Shown piece after piece: positions 38,744-47,664 of a stretch of DNA of 64,000 nucleotides (position 1 is its first letter; every line of letters starts with the position of its first letter). The stretch spans positions 2,660 to 66,659 of the forward strand of contig JBQTJX010000003.1 of NCBI GenBank assembly GCA_052386675.1. The letters are read 5' to 3'. A model generated the notes under the pieces. It saw only the letters and a program-made list of their open reading frames with translations, was not told the origin of the DNA and ran no database searches. This DNA comes from Betaproteobacteria bacterium. Its GTDB lineage: Bacteria; Pseudomonadota; Gammaproteobacteria; Burkholderiales; SG8-39. The position numbers and the translations under genes are program-made.

Positions 38744-39934
38744 TCAGCGGAAGTCCCTCAGGGAGGGGACGCGCAGGAAGGGGACCGCCGCGACGCCCAG
38801 GCATGCGAGCGCGAAGACGTAGGCAGCGCCATAGCCGCCGCTGACGTCGTGCAGCACGCCGCCCACGAGCGAGCCGACCGCAGCGCCCAGCGCGTTGGTG
38901 GAATAGATGGTGCCGTAGATGGTCGCGACCCTCGGGCCCGCGAACTGGCGCGTGCACACCGACGAGATGATCGGCCCGCGCACACCCATGCACAGCCCGA
39001 ACACCGGCACGAACAACGTCAGCAGCAGCCAGGATGGCCAGGTCGCGAGGGCCAGCAGCAGCAGGACGCCGATCATGGATCCGGCGAAGCTCACGGTCAC
39101 CGTCTGGCGGTAGCCGAAGCGCTCGGCCACGAAGCCGCTGGACATGACGCTGATCGCCGAGAGCATGCCAACCATGCCGAACACAGTGGCCGCGGCCAGC
39201 GGCGTGAAGCCCGAGTCGATCAGGAACACCACCAGCTGCACGACCACCGCGAACATACCCATGGCGGTGCAAAAGAACACCGTCGCCAGCCCCCTGTAGA
39301 TGGGCGTTTTCACCGCCGCGCGCAGGGTCCAGCCGCCTTCGGCCTCGCCTGCCTTGCGCGAACCGGGCGCGAGAGAAGGATTCCCGGCGGAGAATCGCCT
39401 CCAGGGCAATGCAAGCGGCACCAGCACCGCCGCCGACAACAGCACGCCGCCGAGCACATGGTAGGCGGTTCGCCAGTCCCAGCCGCTCACCAGGTACTGC
39501 GCGAATGGCACCAGCACAACCGTGCCCACGCCCACGCCGGAAAAGGCGACACCGATGGCAATGGACAGGCGCGCGCGGTACCAGCGCGCGAGCAGCGCCG
39601 AGGCCGGCACCATGCCGGTCATGCTGACGCCGATGCCGACCATCGCGCCTACCAGCAGATAGAAATGCCATATGTTCTGCAGCGAGCCGGCGAGCATGAA
39701 AGCGACGCCCAGCACGGCCAGCCCCGCGGTGTACACCCAGCGCGGGCCGGCGCGGTCAAAAAAGAAGCCCACCATCGGCGCGATGAAGCCGTTCACCAGA
39801 AGGTAGACGGAGTAGACGCTCGTCAGCTGCGAGCGCGACCAGCCGAACTCGTGCTCGATGGGCTTCAGGAACACGGTGTAGGTATCGCCGATCCCGCGCC
39901 CGAGCAGGTTGAGCGCGAAACAGGTCGCCAGCAC
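38744..39934 (-). CDS. MFS transporter
   Basis: About 12 hydrophobic segments; GFFFDRAGPR and GFVAERFGYR loop motifs; true start may lie slightly upstream. Confidence 0.9.
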   Translation of the reverse strand: MLATCFALNLLGRGIGDTYTVFLKPIEHEFGWSRSQLTSVYSVYLLVNGFIAPMVGFFFDRAGPRWVYTAGLAVLGVAFMLAGSLQNIWHFYLLVGAMVGIGVSMTGMVPASALLARWYRARLSIAIGVAFSGVGVGTVVLVPFAQYLVSGWDWRTAYHVLGGVLLSAAVLVPLALPWRRFSAGNPSLAPGSRKAGEAEGGWTLRAAVKTPIYRGLATVFFCTAMGMFAVVVQLVVFLIDSGFTPLAAATVFGMVGMLSAISVMSSGFVAERFGYRQTVTVSFAGSMIGVLLLLALATWPSWLLLTLFVPVFGLCMGVRGPIISSVCTRQFAGPRVATIYGTIYSTNALGAAVGSLVGGVLHDVSGGYGAAYVFALACLGVAAVPFLRVPSLRDFR

Positions 39935-39986
39935 CGCGATCGCCAGCGGCGGGAGCGGTGGACGGGGTGGCGCGTGGGGCGGCAGG

Positions 39987-41171
39987 CTAATCGGCCTTCG
40001 CTTCTTCCAGCCCGAACACCTGGCGCAGGTAGGCGAGATAGCCGGGGTCCTTGCTCACGGTCTTGCCCGGCGCGTCGGAGACCTTCGCCACCGGCTGTCC
40101 GTTGCACTCGGTCATCTTGATGACGATGTTGATCGGTTCGTATCCGAGGTCGTTGGTCAGGTTGGTGCCGATGCCGAACGAGGTCAGGGCGCGGCCCTGG
40201 AATCGGCGCGCAATTTCGATCGCGACCGGCACGGTCAGCTGGTCGGAGAAAATCAGAGTCTTGGTGCGCGGGTCGACGCGGTTCCTGCGGTAGTGCTCTA
40301 TCAGGCGCTCGCCCCAGGTGAACGGATCGCCCGAGTCATGGCGCGCGCCGTCGAACAGCTTGCAGAAGTACATGTCGAAGTCGCGCAGGAATGCATCCGT
40401 CCCATAGGTGTCGGAAATGGCGATGCCGAGGTCGCCGCGGTACTCCTTCGCCCAGACATCGAAGGCGAAGACCTGCGAATCGCGCAGCCTCGGGCCCAGC
40501 GCCTGGCAGGCCTGCATGTATTCGTGCGCCAGGGTGCCCAGCGGCGTGACGCCGTGCTTCTTCGCCAGCCACACGTTGGAGGTCCCCGCAAAGCGCTCCG
40601 GGATCTCGCGCTTGAAGGTCGAAATCACCTCGTCGTGCCAGGCGCGCGAGAAGCGCCGGCGCGTGCCGTAGTCCGAGACCAGGAACACGAAGCCCGGCTC
40701 CAGCGCGCGCACCTGGTCGATCTTCGCCTTCAGGCGGCGCCGGCCCTCGTCCAGATCGGGCCTGGGCTGCGTGCGGCGGAAATAGACCTCGGAGACGATC
40801 GCCAGCACCGGGATCTCGTACATGATGGTATGCAGCCACGGCCCCCGGATGGATATCTCCAGCCCCGGCGGCTGCGTCGTGCGCTCGACCTTGATGTACT
40901 TCTCGTTGAACTGGAACAGCCCCAGGAAATCCACGAAATCGGATTTCATGAAGCGCAGGCCGCTCAGGTAGGCGAGTTCGTCCTCGCGGAAGCGCATCCG
41001 GCACAGGTCCGCGATGCCGGCGCGGATCTCGTCTGCGTGCGGCGCCAGGTCCACGCCCTCGGTGCGGCACTTGAACACGTACTCCACCTGCGCGCCGGGG
41101 AAGTGGTGCAGCACCACCTGCATCATGGTGAATTTGTACAGATCGGTGTCGAGCAGGGACTCGATGAGCAT
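39987..41171 (-). CDS. pncB: Nicotinate phosphoribosyltransferase
   Basis: [29 protein letters not shown] (phospho-His), [15 protein letters not shown]; ATG 41171. Confidence 0.96.
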   Translation of the reverse strand: MLIESLLDTDLYKFTMMQVVLHHFPGAQVEYVFKCRTEGVDLAPHADEIRAGIADLCRMRFREDELAYLSGLRFMKSDFVDFLGLFQFNEKYIKVERTTQPPGLEISIRGPWLHTIMYEIPVLAIVSEVYFRRTQPRPDLDEGRRRLKAKIDQVRALEPGFVFLVSDYGTRRRFSRAWHDEVISTFKREIPERFAGTSNVWLAKKHGVTPLGTLAHEYMQACQALGPRLRDSQVFAFDVWAKEYRGDLGIAISDTYGTDAFLRDFDMYFCKLFDGARHDSGDPFTWGERLIEHYRRNRVDPRTKTLIFSDQLTVPVAIEIARRFQGRALTSFGIGTNLTNDLGYEPINIVIKMTECNGQPVAKVSDAPGKTVSKDPGYLAYLRQVFGLEEAKAD

Positions 41172-41204
41172 GAAGTCGATTCTAACCCCTGCGATAATCC
41201 GGCG

Positions 41205-41849
41205 ATGTGCGGCCGCTACGCCCTCCACGCGAGTCCGGAAGTCGTCGCCCTGCAGTTCGGCCTGGCCTCCGTGCCTGCCTTCACTCCCCGGTACAACATC
41301 GCACCGACGGCGCAGATTATGGTGGTGCAGGACAGCGGCCCAGCCATGGTCAGGTGGGGTCTGGTGCCACGCTGGGCGAAGGACCCGTCCATTGGCGTTC
41401 GCATGAACAACGCCCGCGCCGAGACGGTAGCCGAGAAGCCGTCCTTTCGCGAGGCGTTCCGCAAGCGCCGCTGCCTGATTCCGGCCAGTGGCTTCTACGA
41501 GTGGAAGCTGGAGGGCAAGCTGAAGCAGCCGTACTACGTCCGTCCCGCGGCGGGCGAGCTGTTTGCCTTTGCCGGCCTCTGGGAGCGCTGGGAAGGACCC
41601 GGCGGGCCGCTGCAGACCTGCGCGGTGATCACCACGGAGGCGAACACCGCCATGGCGCCAATCCACGACCGCATGCCGGTGATCCTGGACCCGGCGCACT
41701 ACCAGGCCTGGCTGGCCGGTAGCGCGCCCTTGCAGCCCCTGCTGATTCCCTGCACGCCGGCCGCCATCTCGGTTTACAGGGTGTCGAGGGCGGTCAACGA
41801 TGCGCGTCGGGACAACCCCGGCCTGGTCGATGCCGAAGGCACTATGTAA
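41205..41849 (+). CDS. SOS response-associated peptidase (SRAP/YedK/HMCES; abasic-site protection)
   Basis: N-terminal [33 protein letters not shown]. Confidence 0.95.
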   Translation: MCGRYALHASPEVVALQFGLASVPAFTPRYNIAPTAQIMVVQDSGPAMVRWGLVPRWAKDPSIGVRMNNARAETVAEKPSFREAFRKRRCLIPASGFYEWKLEGKLKQPYYVRPAAGELFAFAGLWERWEGPGGPLQTCAVITTEANTAMAPIHDRMPVILDPAHYQAWLAGSAPLQPLLIPCTPAAISVYRVSRAVNDARRDNPGLVDAEGTM

Positions 41850-41862
41850 CCGATCGGTTACA
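41845..41862. repeat. Perfect 18-bp palindrome TGTAACCGATCGGTTACA, copy 2
   Basis: Identical to 17874-17891 (20-bp palindrome here with flanking A/T); overlaps the SRAP stop and lies upstream of the lexA promoter. Confidence 0.9.
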
Positions 41863-41872
41863 TCTGGCCCAC

Positions 41873-41900
41873 TTGCAGGACTGCCGATACTGGATATAAT
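41873..41900 (+). promoter_or_regulatory. Candidate sigma70 promoter of lexA
   Basis: TTGCAG-N16-TATAAT. Confidence 0.6.
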
Positions 41901-41907
41901 GCCATCA

Positions 41908-41923
41908 CTGAACAAGCAGACAG
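41908..41923 (+). promoter_or_regulatory. Degenerate LexA (SOS) box upstream of lexA
   Basis: CTGAACAAGCAGACAG fits CTG-N10-CAG; lies between the -10 and the SD (GGAGG). Confidence 0.65.
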
Positions 41924-41933
41924 GAGGGCAGCC

Positions 41934-42563
41934 ATGTCCGAACCGCTCACCGAACGCCAGGGCGAGATCCTGCGCCTGATCAAGGAACTCACCGAAGTAT
42001 CCGGCTTTCCCCCGACCCGCGCCGAGATCGCCGAGCGCATGGGCTTTCGTTCAGTGAATGCCGCCGAGCAGCACCTGCGCGCGCTGGAACGCAAGGGGGC
42101 GCTCGACATCTCGGCCGGATCCTCCCGTGGCATCCGGGTGCGCGAGCGCGGTGGCCCGAAGGTCGGCCGGCTGATGGAACTGCCGGTGATTGGCCGGGTG
42201 GCGGCCGGTTCCCCCATCCTTGCCGAGGAGCACGTGCAGGCGCGCTACCAGGTGGATCCGAACCTGTTCACCCCGCGTGCGGACTACCTGCTGAAGGTGC
42301 GCGGCCTGTCCATGCGCGACGCCGGCATCTTCGAGGGCGACCTGCTGGCGGTGCACCGGACGCACGAGGCGCACAGCGGCCAGGTGGTCGTGGCGCGGCT
42401 CGCCGACGAAGTCACCGTGAAGCGCTTCAAGCGCCGCGGGAACGCCATCCAGCTGATGCCGGAGAACCCTGATTTCGAGCCCATCGAAGTGGACGCACGG
42501 GACGAGAACTTCGCCATCGAGGGTGTGGCGGTCGGCGTGATCCGTGCCGGCAAAGGTTTGTAA
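41934..42563 (+). CDS. lexA: SOS repressor LexA
   Basis: w[28 protein letters not shown]; Ala-Gly cleavage site in GRVAAGSP; Ser in GLSM; Lys in VTVKR. Confidence 0.97.
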   Translation: MSEPLTERQGEILRLIKELTEVSGFPPTRAEIAERMGFRSVNAAEQHLRALERKGALDISAGSSRGIRVRERGGPKVGRLMELPVIGRVAAGSPILAEEHVQARYQVDPNLFTPRADYLLKVRGLSMRDAGIFEGDLLAVHRTHEAHSGQVVVARLADEVTVKRFKRRGNAIQLMPENPDFEPIEVDARDENFAIEGVAVGVIRAGKGL

Positions 42564-42645
42564 TACCGGCGGGTAGCCGTCGCATTTCCGCACCCGGATG
42601 GGGCACGGCGCGGGGCCTGCCTCTATAATCGGTCGCTCCATCCCC

Positions 42646-44469
42646 ATGGTCGATCCCGTCGCTTCCAGCAACGTCGCACTCGCCGCCACTGCCCGCGGCG
42701 CCGGCGATTCCGTCGATCCGCGCAACGTGCTCGCGGACCGTGTCGACCAGCTCTATTCGCAACTGCCGCTGGGCCTGGCCGGGACCATCGTCGTCGGCTC
42801 CGTCGCCAGTTTCGAACTGCGCCAGGGCCGCTTCCAGGAACTGGTCGCCGGCTGGGGCATGCTGGTGTTCCTGATCACGGCCGCCCGGCTGGGCCTGTAC
42901 CTGGGCTACCGCCGCAGCGCCAACCATGCCGCAAATGCCGGCCAGTGGCTGCGCTGGCTGGGGATCGGCGCACTCGCGAGCGGCGCCACCTGGGGCATCG
43001 CCGCGGCGATCTTCTTCCCCTCCCACGCCGACGAGCAGCAGGTGTTCCTCGCCCTGATTCTCACCGGCGTGCTCTCGGGCGGCATCCCGATGTACGCCGC
43101 GTCATGGCCGATGTTCGCCGCCTACGCCGGCGGCATCGCACTGCCCTTCACCTATGTGCTCGCCACCTTCGGCAATCGCCTGTTCACCGAAATCGCGCTG
43201 CTGGTGCCGGCGTTCTATGCCATCACGGTCGGCATCGCCTGGCGCCTGAACCAGGTATTCGACTCGGGCTACCGCCTGCGCCATGCCTACGGCCGCCTGA
43301 CCGAGGACTACACCTCGCTGAACCGCCGCCTGCAGCAGCAGCTGGGCGAGCTCGGGGAGGCCAGGCGCCAGGTGGAGGCTTCGGGGCGCAAACTGACGCT
43401 GTTCGCCGAGCGCTCGCCGATCGCGGTCATCGAGTTCGACCCCGAGGCACGCATCCAGCAGGTCAATCATGCCACCGAACTGCTGTTCGGCTACAACGCC
43501 AGCGAACTCACCGGGCAACCGGCGAACAAGCTGATCCTGCAGCAGTTCCATGCCGAGTTCGACGCGCAATGGCGCAGGATCATCGAGACGCGCGAGCCGG
43601 TGTCCGGCCTCAAGCTGCGCAATCCCCGCCGCGACGGCATCGCCATCATCTGCGAGTGGACCGTGACCCCGCTGGTGAACCCGGGAGGCGAGACGGTTGC
43701 GATCATTGCCCAGGGGCGCGACATCACCCAGGAACTGGAAGCCGAGCGGATGAAGAAGGAGTTCACCTCCACCCTGTCGCACGAACTGCGCACCCCGCTC
43801 ACCTCCATCATCGGTTCGCTGCAGCTGATCAACTCCGGCGTGCTGGGCGAGCCGGACAAGGACATCAGCGAACTGACCACGGTCGCCGAACGCAACGCGC
43901 AGCGCCTGCTCGACCTGATCAACGATATCCTGGACATCGAGAAGATCGAGTCGGGCAAGCTCTCGCTGGTGCCCGAGGAGCTGCAGCTTGAAGAACTGGT
44001 GCGCGAGTCGCTGGTGCTCAATCGCGCCTTCGGTGAGCGCTTCAAGGTGCGCTTCGAGTTCCCGGGCGGGCCGGCTTCCGCGCGCGTCCATGTCGACCGC
44101 AAGCGCGTGCTGCAGGTGCTCACCAACCTGCTGTCGAACGCGGCCAAGTTCTCGCCCGAGGGCGGTACCGTGGACATCAGCATGACGCTCTCCGGCGACC
44201 GGGTGCGCCTCGGCGTGCACGACCGGGGCCCCGGCATTCCGGAGAGCTTTCGCTCGCGCATATTCAGCCGGTTCGCGCAGGCCGATTCCGCGTTCACGCG
44301 CCAGAAGGGCGGCACCGGCCTGGGCCTGGCCATCTGCAAGCACATGATCGAGTTGATGGAAGGAACCATCGGCTTCGAGGACCGCGAGGGTGGCGGCACC
44401 ACGTTCTGGTTCGAGTTCCCCCTGGCCGCCCCTGCCGTACCCGCCCCGGCCACCCCCGGACCCACCTGA
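42646..44469 (+). CDS. Membrane PAS-domain sensor histidine kinase
   Basis: Multiple N-terminal TMs, PAS (SPIAVIEF...CEWTVTPL), H-box SHELRTPL, NLLSNAAKFS, DRGPGIP, GGTGLGLAI. Confidence 0.93.
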   Translation: MVDPVASSNVALAATARGAGDSVDPRNVLADRVDQLYSQLPLGLAGTIVVGSVASFELRQGRFQELVAGWGMLVFLITAARLGLYLGYRRSANHAANAGQWLRWLGIGALASGATWGIAAAIFFPSHADEQQVFLALILTGVLSGGIPMYAASWPMFAAYAGGIALPFTYVLATFGNRLFTEIALLVPAFYAITVGIAWRLNQVFDSGYRLRHAYGRLTEDYTSLNRRLQQQLGELGEARRQVEASGRKLTLFAERSPIAVIEFDPEARIQQVNHATELLFGYNASELTGQPANKLILQQFHAEFDAQWRRIIETREPVSGLKLRNPRRDGIAIICEWTVTPLVNPGGETVAIIAQGRDITQELEAERMKKEFTSTLSHELRTPLTSIIGSLQLINSGVLGEPDKDISELTTVAERNAQRLLDLINDILDIEKIESGKLSLVPEELQLEELVRESLVLNRAFGERFKVRFEFPGGPASARVHVDRKRVLQVLTNLLSNAAKFSPEGGTVDISMTLSGDRVRLGVHDRGPGIPESFRSRIFSRFAQADSAFTRQKGGTGLGLAICKHMIELMEGTIGFEDREGGGTTFWFEFPLAAPAVPAPATPGPT

Positions 44470-44476
44470 GGAATCC

Positions 44477-44866
44477 ATGCCCGCCACGCCGCTCACCCGA
44501 ATCTGCTACGTCGAGGACGACGAGGACATCCAGCGCATCGTTCGCATGTCGCTCGAGCGCATCGGCAAGTTCACCGTCGAAGTGGTCGGCGATCCGCTCA
44601 AGGCCATCGACGCCATCACTGCCTTCAAGCCTGATCTGGTGATGCTGGACTGGATGATGCCGGGTATGGACGGTCCGACCCTGTTCAAGAAGATGAAGAC
44701 GCTCGACCAGACCAAGGGGCTGCCGGTGGTGTTCATCACCGCCAAGGCCTCCAGCGCGGAAATGAACGAGTTGCACGCGCTGGGCGCGGCCGGCGCCATC
44801 TCCAAGCCGTTCTCGCCCAAGGACCTCCCGGACCAGCTGCGCAAGGTCTGGGCCGCGCTGCCCTGA
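44477..44866 (+). CDS. Single-domain response regulator
   Basis: VEDDEDI, MLDWMMPGMDG, FITAK, ISKPF; ATG 44477 after GAGG. Confidence 0.93.
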   Translation: MPATPLTRICYVEDDEDIQRIVRMSLERIGKFTVEVVGDPLKAIDAITAFKPDLVMLDWMMPGMDGPTLFKKMKTLDQTKGLPVVFITAKASSAEMNELHALGAAGAISKPFSPKDLPDQLRKVWAALP

Positions 44867-44867
44867 G

Positions 44868-46145
44868 CTAGCTGAGCTTCTGCGTCCTCTCGGCGCCGAA
44901 GGCGCCGGTGCCCTGGTAGTACTTGCGCGAGAGGAAGCCGATGACCTCGTCGGCGTTCCTGAAGCGCGCGTCGCGGTCCTTCTCCAGCAGTTTGTCCATC
45001 ATCGGCTGGAAGCGCTCCAGGTGCGCCGGAAGCAGCGGCGGCTGCGTGTTCATGTGATGCAGCGCGACCTCGACCGCGGTCTCGCCGTCGAACAGGTGCT
45101 CACCGACGATCATCTGGTAGAACAGCACCCCGGCGCTGTAGATGTCCGTTCGAAGATCAAGGGCAAGGCTCCGTACCTGCTCCGGACTCATGTAGCGCGG
45201 CGTGCCGAGGATCTCGCCGGCGCCGGTGCGGTCGATGGCGTCGATGTGCTTGGCAATGCCGAAGTCCACGATGGCGAGGCTGCCATCGGCGCGGAACATC
45301 AGGTTCTGCGGCTTCAGGTCCCGGTGCAGGATGCCCTGCTCGTGGATGTCGCCCAGCGCGAACATCAACTCGCGGAAGATGCGCATCGCCTCCTCCGGTT
45401 GCATCGACTTGCCGTCCAGGCGCTGGCTGAGGTCGCCGCCGTCGAAGAACTCCATCACCAGGTAGGCGTGGTCGCCGGAGACGCCGTGGCCGTGGATGCG
45501 CGCGACGTGACGGCTGGTGATCCGGGTGATGAGGTTGTACTCCTCGACAAAGCGCTCCAGCGCCTTCTGGTCCTTCATCACCTCGCTGCGCAGGATCTTG
45601 ACCACAAGCGGCTCGTCATCGGAATCGCGCGAGGCAAGGTAGACGCGCGACATGCCGCCCTCGCCGATCAGGCGCAGGACGTTGATGCCGGGAATGCGGA
45701 TGCGCGCACCCAGCAGGTGGCCTTCCATGCGCGCCACCATCTCCGGCGAGGCGGTGCGGTCGGTCTGGTGGCCCTGGCCGCGCGTCAGTTCGCGCACGGA
45801 CGTCACCAGCCGCTCCCGTGTGAGTTCCTGTTTCCTCTGATAATCGTCGGCGCCGGCCTTCATTGCGCGCACCGCGATGCTCTCGTTGCCCGCGCCGGTG
45901 AGAAACAGGATCGGCGGGCAGTGCGCGCGGCGCTTCAGGAGGTGCAGCCACTCCAGGCCATCGCCGCGCCCGAGCATGTAATCCAGAATGATGAGCGCGT
46001 AGTCCGCGAGCGGGAAGTTCTCGTCGGGCATGTCCTGCGCGAGCGGGTCGAGCGTGCCAACCTCCATCTCCGGCCATTCCTGCCTGAGGTAGTGGGCCAG
46101 CAGGTTGCGCAGGTCCTCGTCGTCGTCAATGATGAGGACGCGCAT
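44868..46145 (-). CDS. Response regulator receiver - Ser/Thr (Hanks) kinase fusion
   Basis: REC: IIDDDED, ILDYMLG, FLTGAG; kinase: GEGGMSRV, VKIL, HRDLKPQN, DFGIAK, GTPRYMSPE. Confidence 0.92.
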   Translation of the reverse strand: MRVLIIDDDEDLRNLLAHYLRQEWPEMEVGTLDPLAQDMPDENFPLADYALIILDYMLGRGDGLEWLHLLKRRAHCPPILFLTGAGNESIAVRAMKAGADDYQRKQELTRERLVTSVRELTRGQGHQTDRTASPEMVARMEGHLLGARIRIPGINVLRLIGEGGMSRVYLASRDSDDEPLVVKILRSEVMKDQKALERFVEEYNLITRITSRHVARIHGHGVSGDHAYLVMEFFDGGDLSQRLDGKSMQPEEAMRIFRELMFALGDIHEQGILHRDLKPQNLMFRADGSLAIVDFGIAKHIDAIDRTGAGEILGTPRYMSPEQVRSLALDLRTDIYSAGVLFYQMIVGEHLFDGETAVEVALHHMNTQPPLLPAHLERFQPMMDKLLEKDRDARFRNADEVIGFLSRKYYQGTGAFGAERTQKLS

Positions 46146-46154
46146 GGCTGCTTG

Positions 46155-47303
46155 CTAGGCCGCGACCTTCAATGCCAGCACGCCCACCGGGCCGGTCTTG
46201 CCCTTGAGCGCCATTTCGCGCCGGTCGAGGGTGGTGTCGCGACCGAGCAGCCGGTCCAGCGACAGCGCGGCGCGCGGCCCGATCAGGATCTCGTTGGCCT
46301 TCGCGTTCTGCATCAGGCGCGCGGCCACGTTCACCGCGTCGCCGATGATGGTATAGCTCACGAAGCTGGGCGCGCCGACGTTGCCCGCCACCACCTCGCC
46401 CGCCTCGATGCCGATGCCGATGCCAAGGGAGAATCCATAGCGCGCCGCCCAGCGTGCGGCCACCGGCCCGAAGCGTTCGATCATGGTCCGCCCGCAGGCG
46501 ACCGCGCGCTCCGCGGCGTCGGGTTGAGGCACCGGCACATTGAATCCGACCAGCAGGCTGTCCCCCGCCATGCTGAACACGGTGCCTTCATGGTCGTGCG
46601 CCGCCGAGGTGAGGACGGTGAAGAACTCGTTGAGCATCGGCACGATGCTGGACACCGGCACGCTCTCCGACAGCCGCGTGAAGCCGCGCAGGTCGGCGAA
46701 CAGCGCCACCACGGCCGTGCGCTCGCTGAGGTTGCGGAACAGGCTCTGGCTGCCGGCGGCGTCGCTCAGCACGCGCTCGGCGAGCTGCGGCGACAGGTAG
46801 CGAGAGAAGGTCTTGCGGATCGCCTCCTTCTCCTGCACCTCGGCAGCCAGGCGGCGCGCCTCCAGCTCCTTGCGGGTGTCGTGGAGCCGGCGCAGCGTCT
46901 TGACGCGCGCGATCAACTCCTCTCGCTTCACGGGCTTGGAAAGGAAGTCATCGGCGCCCGCCTCGATGCCGCGCACCCGGCTGTCCTGGTCCTCGAGCGC
47001 GGTCACCAGCACCACCGGGATCAGCGCCGTGCTCTCGTCGGCCTTGACGCGGCGGCAGATCTCGAAGCCGTCGGGCCCCGGCATCATGACGTCGCACAGC
47101 ACCAGGTCCGGCGCCTCGGTCATGATTTTCATCAGCGCACTGTCGCCGTCGTGGGCAACCAGCGTTTCCAGGCCCTCGCGCTTGAGCCACATCTGCAGGA
47201 AGCCGGCCATGTCGGGGTCGTCGTCGACGACCAATACCCGGAATTGTTCCTGTACCGGCGAAGGCGCGGGGCCTTCTTTCCGATCCCCACCCGGTTCAGG
47301 CAT
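46155..47303 (-). CDS. Response regulator receiver - class III nucleotide cyclase
   Basis: REC: VVDDDPD, CDVMMPG, DDFLSKP; cyclase: FADLRGFT, AGDS, YTIIGDAVNVAAR. Confidence 0.9.
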   Translation of the reverse strand: MPEPGGDRKEGPAPSPVQEQFRVLVVDDDPDMAGFLQMWLKREGLETLVAHDGDSALMKIMTEAPDLVLCDVMMPGPDGFEICRRVKADESTALIPVVLVTALEDQDSRVRGIEAGADDFLSKPVKREELIARVKTLRRLHDTRKELEARRLAAEVQEKEAIRKTFSRYLSPQLAERVLSDAAGSQSLFRNLSERTAVVALFADLRGFTRLSESVPVSSIVPMLNEFFTVLTSAAHDHEGTVFSMAGDSLLVGFNVPVPQPDAAERAVACGRTMIERFGPVAARWAARYGFSLGIGIGIEAGEVVAGNVGAPSFVSYTIIGDAVNVAARLMQNAKANEILIGPRAALSLDRLLGRDTTLDRREMALKGKTGPVGVLALKVAA

Positions 47304-47601
47304 AGACCACTTTGACTTTGGCCAGGTAGTCGGCGTAGTCGGCCAGGCAACGCTCGAGCGCCGCCTTGTCGGTGGCCTTGGCGTTGTCCTCGATCTGCTT
47401 GCCCAACGCCGAGACTTTCTCGAAGCCGTAGGAACTGCCCACGCCCTTCATGCGATGGCCCAGCTGGCGCAGCTTCTCCATGTCGCCCTTGTCGAGTGCG
47501 GCGCGTAACGCCTCGGCCTCCCTGGCACGGTTGGACAGGAAGGTGGGCACCAGGTCTTCGAGGTCCGCCTGGACCGTGACAACGTAGGTTTCGTCGCTCA
47601 T
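47296..47601 (-). CDS. Hpt (histidine phosphotransfer) domain protein
   Basis: LRQLGHRMKGVGSSYGF; helical, about 100 aa; ATG 47601. Confidence 0.9.
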   Translation of the reverse strand: MSDETYVVTVQADLEDLVPTFLSNRAREAEALRAALDKGDMEKLRQLGHRMKGVGSSYGFEKVSALGKQIEDNAKATDKAALERCLADYADYLAKVKVVYA

Positions 47602-47664
47602 GAGGGGCATTATAGGGAACATTGTCGGACATCCCTGCGCCGCGATCCGGCCCTGGTGTCAAGC

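Noticed and set aside
41890-41905. CTGGATATAATGCCAT as a second LexA box
   Set aside because: Only the left half-site fits (ends CAT, not CAG); may be a weak site but not called
39909-41915. ORF-track extensions giving 642-646 aa overlapping proteins for pncB and SRAP
   Set aside because: True starts are evident at 41171 (pncB) and 41205 (MCGRY); the extensions are antisense read-through of each other
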